A stretch of DNA of 58,335 nucleotides, the filler included, from Sphacelaria rigidula (Eukaryota): NCBI GenBank assembly GCA_964200075.2. It is 7 parts of 7 records of this genome, joined end to end, with 100 filler letters (N's around TTAATTAATTAA, not from the genome) between each part and the next. Parts side by side here need not be neighbours in the genome. Positions count along the whole stretch, not along the records: positions 16,698 to 24,945 come from CAXNAA020011780.1; positions 25,046 to 33,293 come from CAXNAA020011781.1; 5 more parts are not named here. One strand, written 5' to 3'. A program made the translations under genes and the position numbers. A model generated the notes under the pieces. It was not told where the DNA came from and did not search any database. It worked only from the letters and a program-made list of their open reading frames with translations. This document shows, in pieces, positions 21,701 to 33,393 of this stretch; position 1 is the stretch's first letter, and every line of letters begins with the position of its first letter.

Positions 21701-24634
21701 TACATTGTACGTATTCGCTGTCTACCCCCACGACTCGAGTTGATCATGGGGAATCAACCATAGATCACATGGGTACAAATAAATTGTTTCGTATTCTGCT
21801 CGTGGTCTACGCCGCCTGCCTGACCCCTCATGTGCTGCCAGCATAGCTCCACACTGTCTGTAGTGTTGTTGTTGAGCACTAGGCAGAGACGTCAGCAGCA
21901 TGAAGTAAATTGTGTTCGGTGGAGAGCGATGGCACACTTATACTGTTTCTTGCCGTTATATCCAGTGGAAGACATACAGCGCACATACATATCGACTCTG
22001 CACGCAATTGACTGCAGGGTCGAAACTGGTTAGGGGTTCTGCAGGACTATTTTCTATGTATATGACAAATATCCACATGTTCATGAAAAAGGCGTTTCGT
22101 GTAGCAAGAAAAGAGCAGTTGTGAACCCCGAATGTAGCACAGTCCAACTGAGTCCACCTGCGGGGGGATCGCTGTCTAACGTTTAAGCCCACTTGTGATA
22201 TCACTATTTACTCCTCGAACATGGTCGAGAGCGCTGTTCGGGTGCGTTTTCTCGAGCCCCTGCTGCAAAAGAAGGCACGCCTACCGTACTGTTCGGGTGC
22301 TACGGTGGTGCTCTTTGTATTGCGTACTTTTTACTAAATTGCTGCGTAACGTGTTACAATTCGCTGAAAGTTGAGCAAAATTATATGTTTCCCAACCATG
22401 ACACGAGGTGTACGAGCGGGTGGGGTTCGTTTTCAACCCACGTGCGCCATGTTGGAGCTCGCCTGCCTGACTGTGCTTCGTTTCGATTGAAGTCGGACCA
22501 TATTTATGTGAGCTAGCGCTCCGATTTTGTGCCCGCATTCGATATTCCCAACAGCTGTACGTATATTACGGCGTTTTTTTTGCGATATTTACCATCTAGC
22601 AGCGGAAACTACAACTGGCGCGCTGAACCCTCACGGTACTTAAAGACAACACAACTTCAGCTCTTCTCCATGGTACTCGAACTTGCTGAATATATTCGTG
22701 CCCACAAAACCACATACCATCCCCTGCCGCAAAAATCAGCAACCGTTGAGATCGAAGGGGACATGCTATGACACCAAAGTGGTGACCCAAAAGTGACACG
22801 GGGGTATCGACGGCTCTGATCCGTTCTTTTCAATTGCCTTCATTCGAAGCTGCTTCCGTGTTTACAAGAGTGCGTTTTGTGTCGTGTGGGATCCAAGTGT
22901 CAACAACAAACAATGTCGCAGTTGGTCATGCTTCGCGAAATGAGGGTGCTCGTTTGAGATGATGATGCATACCCGAGCATGACGCGCAATGTCAGGCATA
23001 TCTGACAGCAAGGCAAGTGAAGGTCCCTTCGCTCGGATCATGCCCTTGGTACCGAGATGATCAGGACGAACCGAGTATAGCTAAGGCTTCAACCCCAGCT
23101 GGGTTCGGGCACAGCGCCTTGACAAATTACTTTGCGGTGCCCCAGCAATGCCCCTACTTTGTCGACTGACGGCTTCAACACACAGTCAGTGGCTATGTGA
23201 ACCACTCGAGTACACTGTCGGGGAGTTGTTTGCTTCACTATAGTATCAGCCATGCTCATGCAGAAATACATGTAAATTTAGTCTACAGTATTCATGTACC
23301 GAAAGAAAACGCTGAGAAAATGTAGGGGTTTTCTTCGAGTGAGGTGTTTTTTTCCGGGCATTTTGTCGTAGGGAAATGTAGACTGATTTCGCAGATATCA
23401 GTATTCGCCGCCAACGGGGTTCGTGAAAAACGCCTCCCACCAAGTATGCTGCAGTTGGCTGCACAGACAGTACACATGCCTGAAGTACGACTGCACACAG
23501 CACAGGTCACACAGTGTATGGTCCAGCAGCAGTATAATACCGCCAAAATTGCTGAGCAACGGTAGAGATTGTACACACAACCGCGATAGATAGCTCCATA
23601 TTGTATGTATGCATGCACAAAAAACAGCAGCGAAACAAGGCCTTCAGAGCAGCTGCGTGTTTCAGTGTCAGCAAGGTGTCAGTACTGACTTGATCTGAGT
23701 ATAGAGTGTACATGTAATGTTTTTTGATTAGAAAACCTATCGTGGAATCCCCATCCTCCTTCAGCTTGTTTCTCAGCGTACCCGCACCCCCAATCATACA
23801 ACACACCATTGAAAATACTCCAACAAGCAGCGGGGAAGACGAGAGAAAACCACGCTCAAGCTACGACTGAGTGACGCAGCATTAGCAGGACCAACCATTC
23901 CTGCCTATCCCCTCCAGCCGTGGCTTGCACCTGCGTGGGTGGGGACACAAGCCGCCAGCAATTTTCGTGCTCGAAAAAAGTAGAGTTTGCAGCAGTCACT
24001 GCCATCTGGCACTGCCATCGAACTTCGCACCAGGAGTCACGTCTATCGGTGACAGACCTGCACACGGCTGGATAGACGGTGGGGTGTACAGGGGGCAAGG
24101 GAAGATCCGGTGAACGTCGTGCGCCCCCACATGCATGGAGTTAAATTCCAGTATCCTTTGGTGAAAAGTGGGTGGAAACCAAACCCTCCACTTCACACAT
24201 ACGAAACTCCCAATACTCTGCTCCCTCAAATGTCAGGAACACGGAAATACCGCAGCTTTCCGGGAGCACGGTATTATGCAAAGACACGCAACACTCACCA
24301 GGACACACACACACACATCAGATGCAACGAGCTACATTAATCTGCAACATTCGAGTGCCTAAAATTGAAATATTCCCCTGGATGCGGGGGTTCAGGATTT
24401 CCAGCCTACGAAGTCCCTTGGACTGGAATGGACGGTGACGTGGTGTGCTCTGCTGTACTGTACTGCTGTACTGTGACCGATTACGATATGAACCGCAATT
24501 GCCTGGACTCTTGTTTGTTTCATACGTTGGTTCTGATTACATGTACGGTTCTCCCATTAAGACCCACTTTTATGGCAACGAGCCCCGATTTTTAGAAATA
24601 CGAGGATTTCAGCCCATCTACAGGCGATTTTCTC

Positions 24635-24945
24635 CCGTGGATTGATTTTTCGGACCCCACTCCGTTGGGCAATGTTTTTCGGCTAGCAGGGAGAAAATCA
24701 GATCAATTCTCCGATTTTCTGGGCGTTGACTTTCGATACATCATCGTTCTGCTGAAATCGGGACACTCCCGCATCTCCCCCGATTTTCCTGAAAAATCGG
24801 GGGGGATGCGGAAGTGTCCCGATTTGGGCAGAAATGTGATCAACCAAAAGTCAACGTCCATATAATCAGAGAATTGATCTGATTTGCTCCCAGCTAGCCG
24901 AAAAATATTGCCCAACGGACTGGGGTCCGAAAAATCAATCCACGG
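24635..24945. repeat. Imperfect ~310-bp palindrome (foldback/MITE), right arm cut by contig end
   Basis: ccgtggattgatttttcggacccca...tggggtccgaaaaatcaatccacgg with its centre near 24790. The + and - ORFs give near-identical peptides (MGNVFRLAGRKSDQFSD / MGNIFRLAGSKSDQFSD). Confidence 0.92.
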
Positions 24946-25045
24946 NNNNNNNNNNNNNNNNNNNNNNNNNNNNNNNNNNNNNNNNNNNNTTAATTAATTA
25001 ANNNNNNNNNNNNNNNNNNNNNNNNNNNNNNNNNNNNNNNNNNNN
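24946..25045. other. Artificial contig spacer
   Basis: Same 100-nt spacer. Confidence 0.98.
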
Positions 25046-25180
25046 TGTCAATAACCGGAATGTTGGGGTCCTACGGGAAAATCCAATTTCAGGGTATTTC
25101 GGCGATCCGATCGAGGATAGATGATTGACTGTTTCGAACTGAATTGCGGGAAACTGTCGACCGGGGATGTTGGAACTTAC

Positions 25181-25316
25181 TGGTGTCCTTGCAGCCAATG
25201 GTGGGCTTGTCGCAAATCGAGGTGACCCATATGCCGCAGTCGCCGGAGCCGCCCGCCTTGTATAAGTCGATCTTGAATCGGCCAGCAGATGATCCCAAGC
25301 CGTCGTGGTAATCAAA
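25181..25316 (-). CDS. Cys-rich Ig-like repeat protein, exon D (FDYHDGLGSSAGRFKIDLYKAGGSGDCGIWVTSICDKPTIGCKDT)
   Basis: Acceptor tttcAG and donor A|GTaagt; 136 nt, phase 0-1. The gene continues beyond the contig. Confidence 0.88.
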
Positions 25317-25427
25317 CTGAAAACAAAACATCGGGGGTGACGACGGCACACGAGATGAGTTCACTCTTCTCGTTCATGTGGCTGTACATGTGAGGCAACC
25401 CCGCGAGACATTAGCCGATAAACTGAC

Positions 25428-25598
25428 CTCGACGGTGTACTCATCACCAGCCACGGCAACGTCACCCTCCTGCGGGCTAGTCACGTACAGGAAGGGCCCA
25501 TCCTTCGTCATCCAGTTGGGCACATCCTCCGACTCGAGAAGGTAAAATGGGTCAGAGCAGTCAGCGTTCGATTCGTCCGACACGTCTGCAACCCGAAC
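25428..25598 (-). CDS. Cys-rich Ig-like repeat protein, exon C (VRVADVSDESNADCSDPFYLL...LYVTSPQEGDVAVAGDEYTVE)
   Basis: Acceptor gccAG and donor GAG|GTcagt; 171 nt, phase 0-0. Confidence 0.88.
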
Positions 25599-25780
25599 CT
25601 GGCACATCATTCGGGGAACGAATAGGGGGTGGAAATCGCATCAAAGGGGGCTTCGCATCGTACGGTGCTCTCAATTGGGGAGCCGGGAGTGCTGCCCAGG
25701 ATGTGGCACCCGAAACATGTCATCATCAGGTATGCTCGACCAACTCCGCACGATTTTCGCAGGTACGTGATGCGATGTAC

Positions 25781-25906
25781 CTTGTAGCCCGAGCTGGAAA
25801 CACCACCCAGCGGCTGTGGCATGACGATGTCGTAGTCACCTTCGTTGTCGGGACAGCCATCCTCACCGTAGGGGCAAAGGGCAGTCACCCACTCTCCACA
25901 GTCGTC
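25781..25906 (-). CDS. Cys-rich Ig-like repeat protein, exon B (DDCGEWVTALCPYGEDGCPDNEGDYDIVMPQPLGGVSSSGYK)
   Basis: Acceptor aacAG and donor AAG|GTacat; 126 nt, phase 0-0. Confidence 0.88.
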
Positions 25907-26139
25907 CTGTTCGATGGCGGAAAAATTACACCGGGCCGGTGGATAGTGTGACGTGTGTGAGGGTTATGGACGTCCACCTAATTTCGTGCATCGAAGTGTA
26001 AAAAAGTCACGACAGGGAACGTTACGATTCACGAAGGCCCACGGGTGCCAAGGTCAAAGTGCACTCGAGTCGTCATGAGATGGCGTTCGGCGGCGACTAC
26101 TCAAGAATGAAGTTTCATGTTGCCAGGGGGAGCGAGACG

Positions 26140-26345
26140 CCATCACCGGGCGGATCTGTCGAGTTCGTTTCCTAGGAGCCCTTCCACGGTCGAGTCGTGG
26201 GTTCGAATTTCGGTGAGGTTCATCGATCTAGTATATCTCCCCACACTACGCTTGACCACAGTGCAGTCAAGAGTACACTTGCTCGACCTCACGGTCGACG
26301 ACGGAAAGGGACAATTGAACCCCCCTCGCAATGAAGATGAAGGAA
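26140..26345 (+). mobile_element. tRNA-derived SINE (family 1-related) in an intron
   Basis: B box gtcgtgggttcgaattt. Body motif ggtcgacga.ggaaaggga shared with the reverse complement of 46165-46183. Confidence 0.55.
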
Positions 26346-26499
26346 TCTATCGCACGATGAATTTTGATGGAATAGTACCGACATTTTCGTCGGGTCTTCA
26401 TCCGTCATCATAGCTGATGCGCCCACATTAAACGACACGTGTGGGGATGTGTTTCGAATGGACGAGAAAATCGAGACACATGCTTCCGAAATCACACAC

Positions 26500-26584
26500 C
26501 TCTGTGCAGAACGACCCACAGTAGTAGAGGTCGATTTCGACATGCGTCTTGTCGCCGGTGCCGGTCCACTCCACGGTATAGGTG
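26500..26584 (-). CDS. Cys-rich Ig-like repeat protein, exon A (TYTVEWTGTGDKTHVEIDLYYCGSFCTE)
   Basis: Acceptor tttcccAG and donor GAG|GTgtgt; 85 nt, phase 2-0. Its YTVE and IDLY motifs recur in exons C and D. Confidence 0.85.
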
Positions 26585-27134
26585 CTGGGAAAGGATTGCA
26601 AGGGCAATGAGGGTGCGGTATCGATAGAGTTCATCTTTTGCACTGGTATTACACGAGCTTGCGCAGCGAAGAAAGAATGTTGTACTTTTCAGGTACGTTG
26701 TACAGCCAATATGTGGTGTTGAACCCCGGAATGTCGTGTGGACGGTGCATAGGGCATGGTGTAGACAAATACTGGTGTACACAGAGGTTCTTTCTTTTTC
26801 CGTGACTTATGCATATTACTGATATCACACTGATGATTACCCTCAAGTCATGAAAAAAACTTCGTGTGCAACACTGATCGTTTTCATCGTGCCTCCTCGA
26901 CCGTCCATATCAAAATTTCAATTTCCAGCTCCAAATATGGGCCGTACAATGAGGCCGTTAAGTGACCAGGTCAAAATAAATCTGCATGTATTCCGCGGGC
27001 CGCTTCCTGGTCCAAGTTTCGTTTTCTTGTATTGAGACACCAACTAAACATGGTGCGTCAGGTTGATTTCAGCTCATCATTCCGTACGTCGGACGAGTCA
27101 TCACTCGTGGATGTTTCCCCAAAACACATCAAGC

Positions 27135-27480
27135 ATGACTCGTGCGCTTGAGTCATTACTTCTTCAACAACGAGCAGTGACTCGAGTGCTTGCCACATTC
27201 ACTTTTTCCACAACGATCGATGACTCACGTGCTCGCCCCATCATAGTTTTCACAACAAGCCCTGACTCGAGTGCTCACCCTATTCATTTTTTCAACAAGC
27301 AATGACTCGAGTGCTTGCCCCGTCCACTCTCTTCACAACGAGCAATAACTCGAGTACTTGCCCCATTCACTTTTCCCACAACGAGCATGAGCAATGACTC
27401 GAGTGCTCGTCCTCTTCATTTTTCATACAACAAGCAATGACTGTGGTGCTCGCCCTAATATATTTTCGACCAACGGGCAG
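27135..27480. repeat. ~42-bp minisatellite, 8 diverged copies
   Basis: Consensus ATGACTCGAGTGCTYGCCCCATTCACTTTT..ACAACRAGCA, with units 40-49 bp apart. Confidence 0.9.
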
Positions 27481-27589
27481 CCCAATGAGTGCGAGTGCCA
27501 CGGGTGGTATTCGTGCGCGTCCGACGTATGCTCTTTCTCATCTAGTCTGGGTGAATAGTATGGAAACTGTCATTTTCCATGATACGCCC

Positions 27590-28420
27590 GAATATCTACC
27601 CGAGTGGAAATAGATGAGGGCCCGTTTTCTTCTTGAGCATTTTGTGGTTTTCCATTCCGATTTTCATTATAAGTTAAAAAAATGCAGACAGTAGTTTTCA
27701 TTTCAACAGAACAAACACCCCAAGAAGCGAAAACATGAAAAATTGAACGGGTGGTTCCCCCCCGTGGCTGACATGGTCGGAGCGATTCAGGGCTCTTCAC
27801 CAACCATGCCCAGTGGAGTGACAGGGTCGTGGGTACATGACATTCACCTTTACGGTCGACGAGGGGAATGGATTGCTGGAGTTCTCTAGCAATGAAATAG
27901 GCAGGCACCGCGAAAGGTATCATGTCTTAGTTGAGGAAAATAAAAGGAGCGCCTGTGTTGACTTTCCTCCCGACACCCCGGCTGGTACCTCCACATGTAC
28001 CGGAAGGTGCAGACCGGCGTCCGTGATACATATGTGGTGTAGGTATATTTCACTTACTTCGTCTGCTCGCCCCATATCGATTCCAATACGAAAGCTCATG
28101 TTGTCCATATCTCGAGATGGATATTTGGCGAAGGGTAGGGAGTCTGTCGTCTCCCAGTGCTCCAGATAATGTCTATACACCAAAAGTCGTCAGCTGAAAG
28201 CATCGATGGGGGTTCGATGTAGGTTCTAGTGTGGACGCCTCCTCCGTTAGGTACAGGAATTGCTGGACATGTGGAACAATCAACAAGGGAGTATGGGCCC
28301 AAACTTTTGTGCAGATGGGCTCTTTCTCAACTTGTACGCGTCAAAGAGATGTTCCTTCGAGAACACAACTCTTTGTCCAGTCTGGCCCAGCTTGTATTTC
28401 GTGTAGTGTTGGGATCATGA
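27590..28420. mobile_element. Unidentified decayed dispersed repeat shared with contig 7; contains a SINE family 1 insertion at about 27750-28025
   Basis: tggacgc..cctccgt..ggtacaggaatt.ctggacat (28232) matches 50957. aacttgt.cg.gtc...ctggcccagcttgta (28329-28396) matches 52952-53019. SINE motif cacatgtaccg.aaggtg.agaccggcgtcc at 27992. Confidence 0.6.
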
Positions 28421-31053
28421 TCAGGGGTGTGGTACCTGCAGGGACTGGCCCGATTGGTTTCGAAAAACGCTAATCCTCGGGTATTTGAACCTACGGCGTG
28501 GTCCTTCAAGCACGCGGTCCCCCAACGCACTACACCGTGTTCAGTGACACAACAACTCAAAGAATGCTGGGGCACGTGGCGTCTTTCGATATCACGGCGA
28601 ACGCGTGGGCCGAAAAATCCCTCAGAAGGCATGCCGCTCGGGTTTTCCATATCTGTCGTGCCTACCAAGACCAAGCTCAGAGGGTGAATTTGTGAGATTG
28701 AGCCGTCCAAAGATTCCGGGTGCCTATTCGCATGAACCAAACCTATCTCAGCGCTGAACAGGGTGGGACGAATTTCACGTGGCACGGGGACTTTTTGTAG
28801 TGGTTGGGCTCATGTACCCGGCACGGCCGTCGCAGTCTGGGTAGAGAAAAAACACGAATGTCTACACCCGCTTATAGCTTCGACCAGGCCGCGATGTGAA
28901 GTGCACGCGAATTCATTTGATGTATTTTCACTCCAATGTGTAACTCCCTCATGCGGAGTAATCGTGTCGGGGACTACGGTTGAAGGCACCAAGTGATGCA
29001 CCGTATAACTGCCATCGTACGCTGTACGAGGTGGTAGCGCCCTGTGTGTGCCCGTGAGGCACATACCCGCTGTACGCCCGCCGTGCCCCACACAACCCGC
29101 ACACTCAAGCACAAACGACACGGTGTTGCGCAGGCACTCACCTCTCGGCCTTGACCATGTCTCCTGCGATAGGCGCCGTAACCTCCAAGGCAGCACTGGT
29201 TGATGAGCTGAGGATGGCAGCTACAGTTGCCGTCACAAACACGGAGTTGGCGTAGCGAGCCATCCTAGCAGCCTACTCTTCACTAGGTGGTGAAGGTGAA
29301 GAGAGAGGTTGAACAGTACAGACGAACGTTGGCTACTTCCAAGGCGATGGGATTGCCTAGGGTGGTTGGGTAGATTGACTGTGTGTGGGTGGGGCACATA
29401 TGCCTGCCTATTTGTATCGGTTACAACGCCTGATTTTGACAGACATATTTTCGGGCTGGAACACAATCCTCCCGCCCTTACTCCAGGGTCCGGGCCATCT
29501 GCACATAAAGGGGACAACCCATGTTTTACTTTTGTCGTGCAACCCACCATACATGCACATGCTTTCATTCTTCAACTGTCAAGGGAACAAAAATACAACC
29601 GACGTACGCACAGGGGACCTGTGACGTAACTTCACGTTGCAACGTAAAGTACCACTGCCTTATCCCCTGGACTCCAGCAGTAGTACAATCTGTGCCACCC
29701 GGAACCTTGAACCAACCTTGCGGGTGCACGCAACAAGTTGATTTCTTTCCCAGCAACATGTATGTGTGCAGCAAACACGATCAATTTTCTATCAATGGAG
29801 CAAACATACGGAGGGGCCGGGCCCTCTTGATGAGGTATAATATAGGTTACCCCGTGCGACTCCAACCTCATGGTTGAACATCTACATAAATATATGCTAC
29901 TCAAAACCGTTCCGTACGGTGGGTATTCTTGGGGGATATATTGTCTGAGCGCGGGGCAGTCTTCAAATCTTCCACGGTTTTCGCGCCCAAACAGGGAATA
30001 CCTTCATCGCACGTCATGGGCACTTTGCATCAGCGCACCGAGAGGGATCTAGCCCACTTCTGTGGTTCGTTTGGCTGAGAGGTTCCGCGAATGGGGCCTG
30101 GATAAAATACAGCTGGGAAAATTTGGGGTGTCTGCAGGTATCGCCTTCCCTTCTGCACGCTCATACCTGATATTTTCGCAGCAGAGTTTACTAGTGTGTT
30201 CGTCTACAAATGTTCATGGTTGATATTAATCCATTCAAGTCTACAACGAGAATTGGAATTTAGTAGGGCTGACAGTCCCGTTTGCTCGTCGTGGGCGCAG
30301 AACGCGTTTTGGTTGAAATCCGTGCCTCCATTTTGGTACCACCGCTGTTCTTAGAGCCGCTCATCTGCTCCACACACAAACAAATGAAATAGTTGCAGGT
30401 ACCGCATTTTTATTTCAGCCATGTGATCGCGTCTAGAGACCATTCTTGAAACCTCGGAGTCAAGCGGGGAAAGAAGGCCAGACGGTGATGCCAAGTGTCC
30501 AAGGCCCGTGATCCCGATTTTCCGTGCTCGGGGGGCAAGAACCATGTCTAGTGCCCCAGAAGCGGACAACACGCGTCCCCTTTAATTGAGTACCAGCCGT
30601 GAGAGACAGTCTCAGTGTTCGTGATTATTATCGGACTTATCTTGAGACCTCGCACTCTCGAGCGCCTGGGTCCAAATAGGGCACACGTTCCCCAAGGCAC
30701 GGTACTCCCCTGCTCGAGGGTTCTCGGTATGTTTCGAGATGGGTCGTGGGCTAGAGGTTTGACGTTCGGTTACAACTTGAAAAATTATCATGAAATCTGT
30801 TGTGATGGGACGGGTGATGATACGTGGGACCATACCTGCGCGCTGTCTGTCACCCTCTGTTGGTGACAGTCCCGGACCGCGCCGCTTTTCAGCATGAGCG
30901 AGTACACATTCCCCTTAGCCACGCACAGGACACTGAGCGGCACCCCTATTCACGCTGTTGCTGAGTTGCTGCAGTGTATCCGTCTCAAGGACAAGGCGTC
31001 AGCTCATACGCACAGTACAGTGTCGAGTACAACGTCGAGGTTGCGCAGCGCAC

Positions 31054-31109
31054 CTGCTGCTGCAATTTCTCTGCGACCGATCTACCGCCGAGGTAATAGA
31101 GCTCACCAC
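31054..31109 (-). CDS. Candidate second exon (GGELYYLGGRSVAEKLQQQ)
   Basis: Acceptor ccctgccAG and donor CAG|GTgcgc. Its phase-1 start fits exon 32534-32600. Linking it to exon A would need another exon that I did not find. Confidence 0.45.
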
Positions 31110-31835
31110 CTGGCAGGGTGAAACAGCTGACGGTCATCATAATTATTCTTTTCGCCGAACCGAGAGAGGCAATGATGATCATGATTGTTTTTCCCCATAC
31201 GAACAAATCTGGAACTAAAACTATACATATCATCTGCTTGAATGAACTGCACCCCATTTCAGCATGAGCTCATACACAGCTTACACACACAACAGACCCG
31301 GAAGAACTATGCCACTTTTTAGCAGCACCGAGCACATACACTCTCTTCGCGCTCTCCTCTCTCTCTCCGTCTCTCTGTCTCTGTCTCTCTCCCTCACACA
31401 TGCACACACACACACACCTTTCCTGCGCTGCTGCCGCGCGCTGTCAACAGGCGTGTTTAAATTCTACAGTTTAGTTGTTGTTGCTGCTGTTGTTTTCATA
31501 TCAAAAATGAGGTGGCATGTTTGTGTAGGCAAAGTCTACACGTGAAGCGAGATGAAAAAAGGCCGAGCACAACGACCGGTTGGGAATTCCCACCTTTGGA
31601 ACCGTTTCCGCCATTGTCGCCCATATGGGGTGCTTCTTGCAGCCTGGAACCAAACATCTTCTTCGCGACAGGTGTAGGCTGGTTGGGGGGGGGGGAACTG
31701 TCGTATATAGCATTATTAGTCATATATCGAGTGTTTCCGCTTCGTTTGCCTTGGATCACGGATTGAGCCCTCGGGGGTAAGTTGCCGTGCGACAATCAAT
31801 CAGTTGAAGGAGAGTTGTCAGAGTATCAAGCTTAA

Positions 31836-32100
31836 CCCTTACACGACACGTGTCGTCTCGGAAAAGTTGTACAGGCTGACAGTCCCGAGACATCCGGGGG
31901 TTTCCAGGGCTCGGACGGAAGGTTTTTGAGCGGGGAGGGTTTCTCTGGTCTTTCCGCGGAGCATCGGAGGGGCTCAGGGAGTCAACCATGTGTGTTGGGA
32001 AGCTTCTCGCGGAAAATTATGAGTCGTGCGCAAGGCCCGAGTGGCGCGGGATGACTATTACTATGATCAATCATGGTCGTCAAAACGAGCAGCTTTGTTC
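31836..32100 (+). mobile_element. piggyBac-like MITE fragment
   Basis: TTAA (31832-31835) followed by CCCTT. Homolog at 21426. A second TTAA|CCCTT occurs at 32148. Confidence 0.55.
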
Positions 32101-32533
32101 CGGTGTACAACAGTAGAGGTACGAGCTGGTACAGCCTAAAAACGGATTTAACCCTTAAACAGCGACCCCCCCCGCTGGTAGACTGAGGTAGACACTACAC
32201 TTTTTGCGTTCAGAATCATTCCTGTCAAAGGTCAACCCGCCTACTCTACGGCGGAAGGGACCAGGAGTGCATAAGAGGCACATAATTGCATCATAACACA
32301 GACGGTGGTGTGGTTGTCGACACCTACCTGATTATTACGCCTCATATTTTTGCTGTGCAGTCTGGTGTAGTGTATCGTGCCGCGGCTGCACATGCGGTCT
32401 GCAGCGTTCTGGGTCTTCCAGTGTTGAACGTGCCGAGTATACGCAGCATGCGTTTGGATATCACACCATGACTACCGCCGCGAACGCCCCTGACTACCGT
32501 AGAGCAATTGCTCAACGATGGCGGTCGCCTCAC

Positions 32534-32600
32534 CGTCGAAGTACTTGTCTACATCTACGTGCGTCGGGTACTCGTGGCCGCCGCTCGCGTGTTGCGCCAT
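32534..32600 (-). CDS. Candidate first coding exon (MAQHASGGHEYPTHVDVDKYFD)
   Basis: ATG in context gtcATGG, GC-rich codons and a strong donor G|GTgagg; 67 nt, phase 1. Confidence 0.45.
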
Positions 32601-32789
32601 GACGTTTGATACCAGGTGGAGGTGTGCGGAGCTAGTACGACGCTCAGGCAGTACTGAACAGACACAGTGTACCGAAGATACTCAAACACCTAATTATTGG
32701 TTATGAAAATTATGGTTGATTTGGCATGCTCAAAATAGGTTTTGAGGGTAGACAGCGAATGTGTCCACCAGGTGTCTACTACCTCTACC

Positions 32790-32875
32790 GTAACAAAAAT
32801 GCTCATTTTGGCGACCATGATTGATTAGAATGGTCATCCCGCGTCTCTCGGGCCTCGTGCACGGTTCATAATTTT
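32790..32875 (-). repeat. Inverted partial copy of the 31836-32100 repeat
   Basis: Its reverse complement aaaattatga...gcacgaggcccgagagacgcgggatgacc...atcaatcatggtcgccaaaatgagca matches 32013-32091. Confidence 0.8.
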
Positions 32876-33293
32876 TAGGGAGGGATACGTGACACACGTG
32901 ACACATTTGAAAAAACCGAAGAAAGCATAGTTTTGGGCCACTTAACGCCACGTTGGGTTTGCTTTTTTGGACGGGACAAATGCAACATAACGTGATGTAA
33001 CATGTGGACCTTGAAGCAGTGCCTCTTGGTGTTTTTCATTATATGTAAAAAAAACTGTTTTTGTGAATTTTGAACGTGACACGTGACACGTGACATATTC
33101 ACGAAAACAAGCAGACTTTTTCTCACATTTGGAAAGTAAAACGCAATGTTAGGGTTCATGGGAAGGACCACATGTTATATCACGTTACGCTACATATGTC
33201 CCATCCAAAAAATCAAATCTGACGTAAACAGCCAATCATCTATGTTGAGGATGGTGCTTTTGATTGAGGATGAGAACCCGGAGGATTAAAATC

Positions 33294-33393
33294 NNNNNNN
33301 NNNNNNNNNNNNNNNNNNNNNNNNNNNNNNNNNNNNNTTAATTAATTAANNNNNNNNNNNNNNNNNNNNNNNNNNNNNNNNNNNNNNNNNNNN
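33294..33393. other. Artificial contig spacer
   Basis: Same 100-nt spacer. Confidence 0.98.

Noticed and set aside
27135..27480. CRISPR array
   Set aside because: The inter-core segments are homologous rather than unique spacers, the cores are degenerate, there are no cas genes, and the context is eukaryotic.
28096..28330. Ulp1/C48-like protease motif (IPVP...H) on the minus strand
   Set aside because: The Trp after the catalytic His and the downstream Gln/Cys motifs are not seen, and the substitution pattern does not clearly favour this frame.
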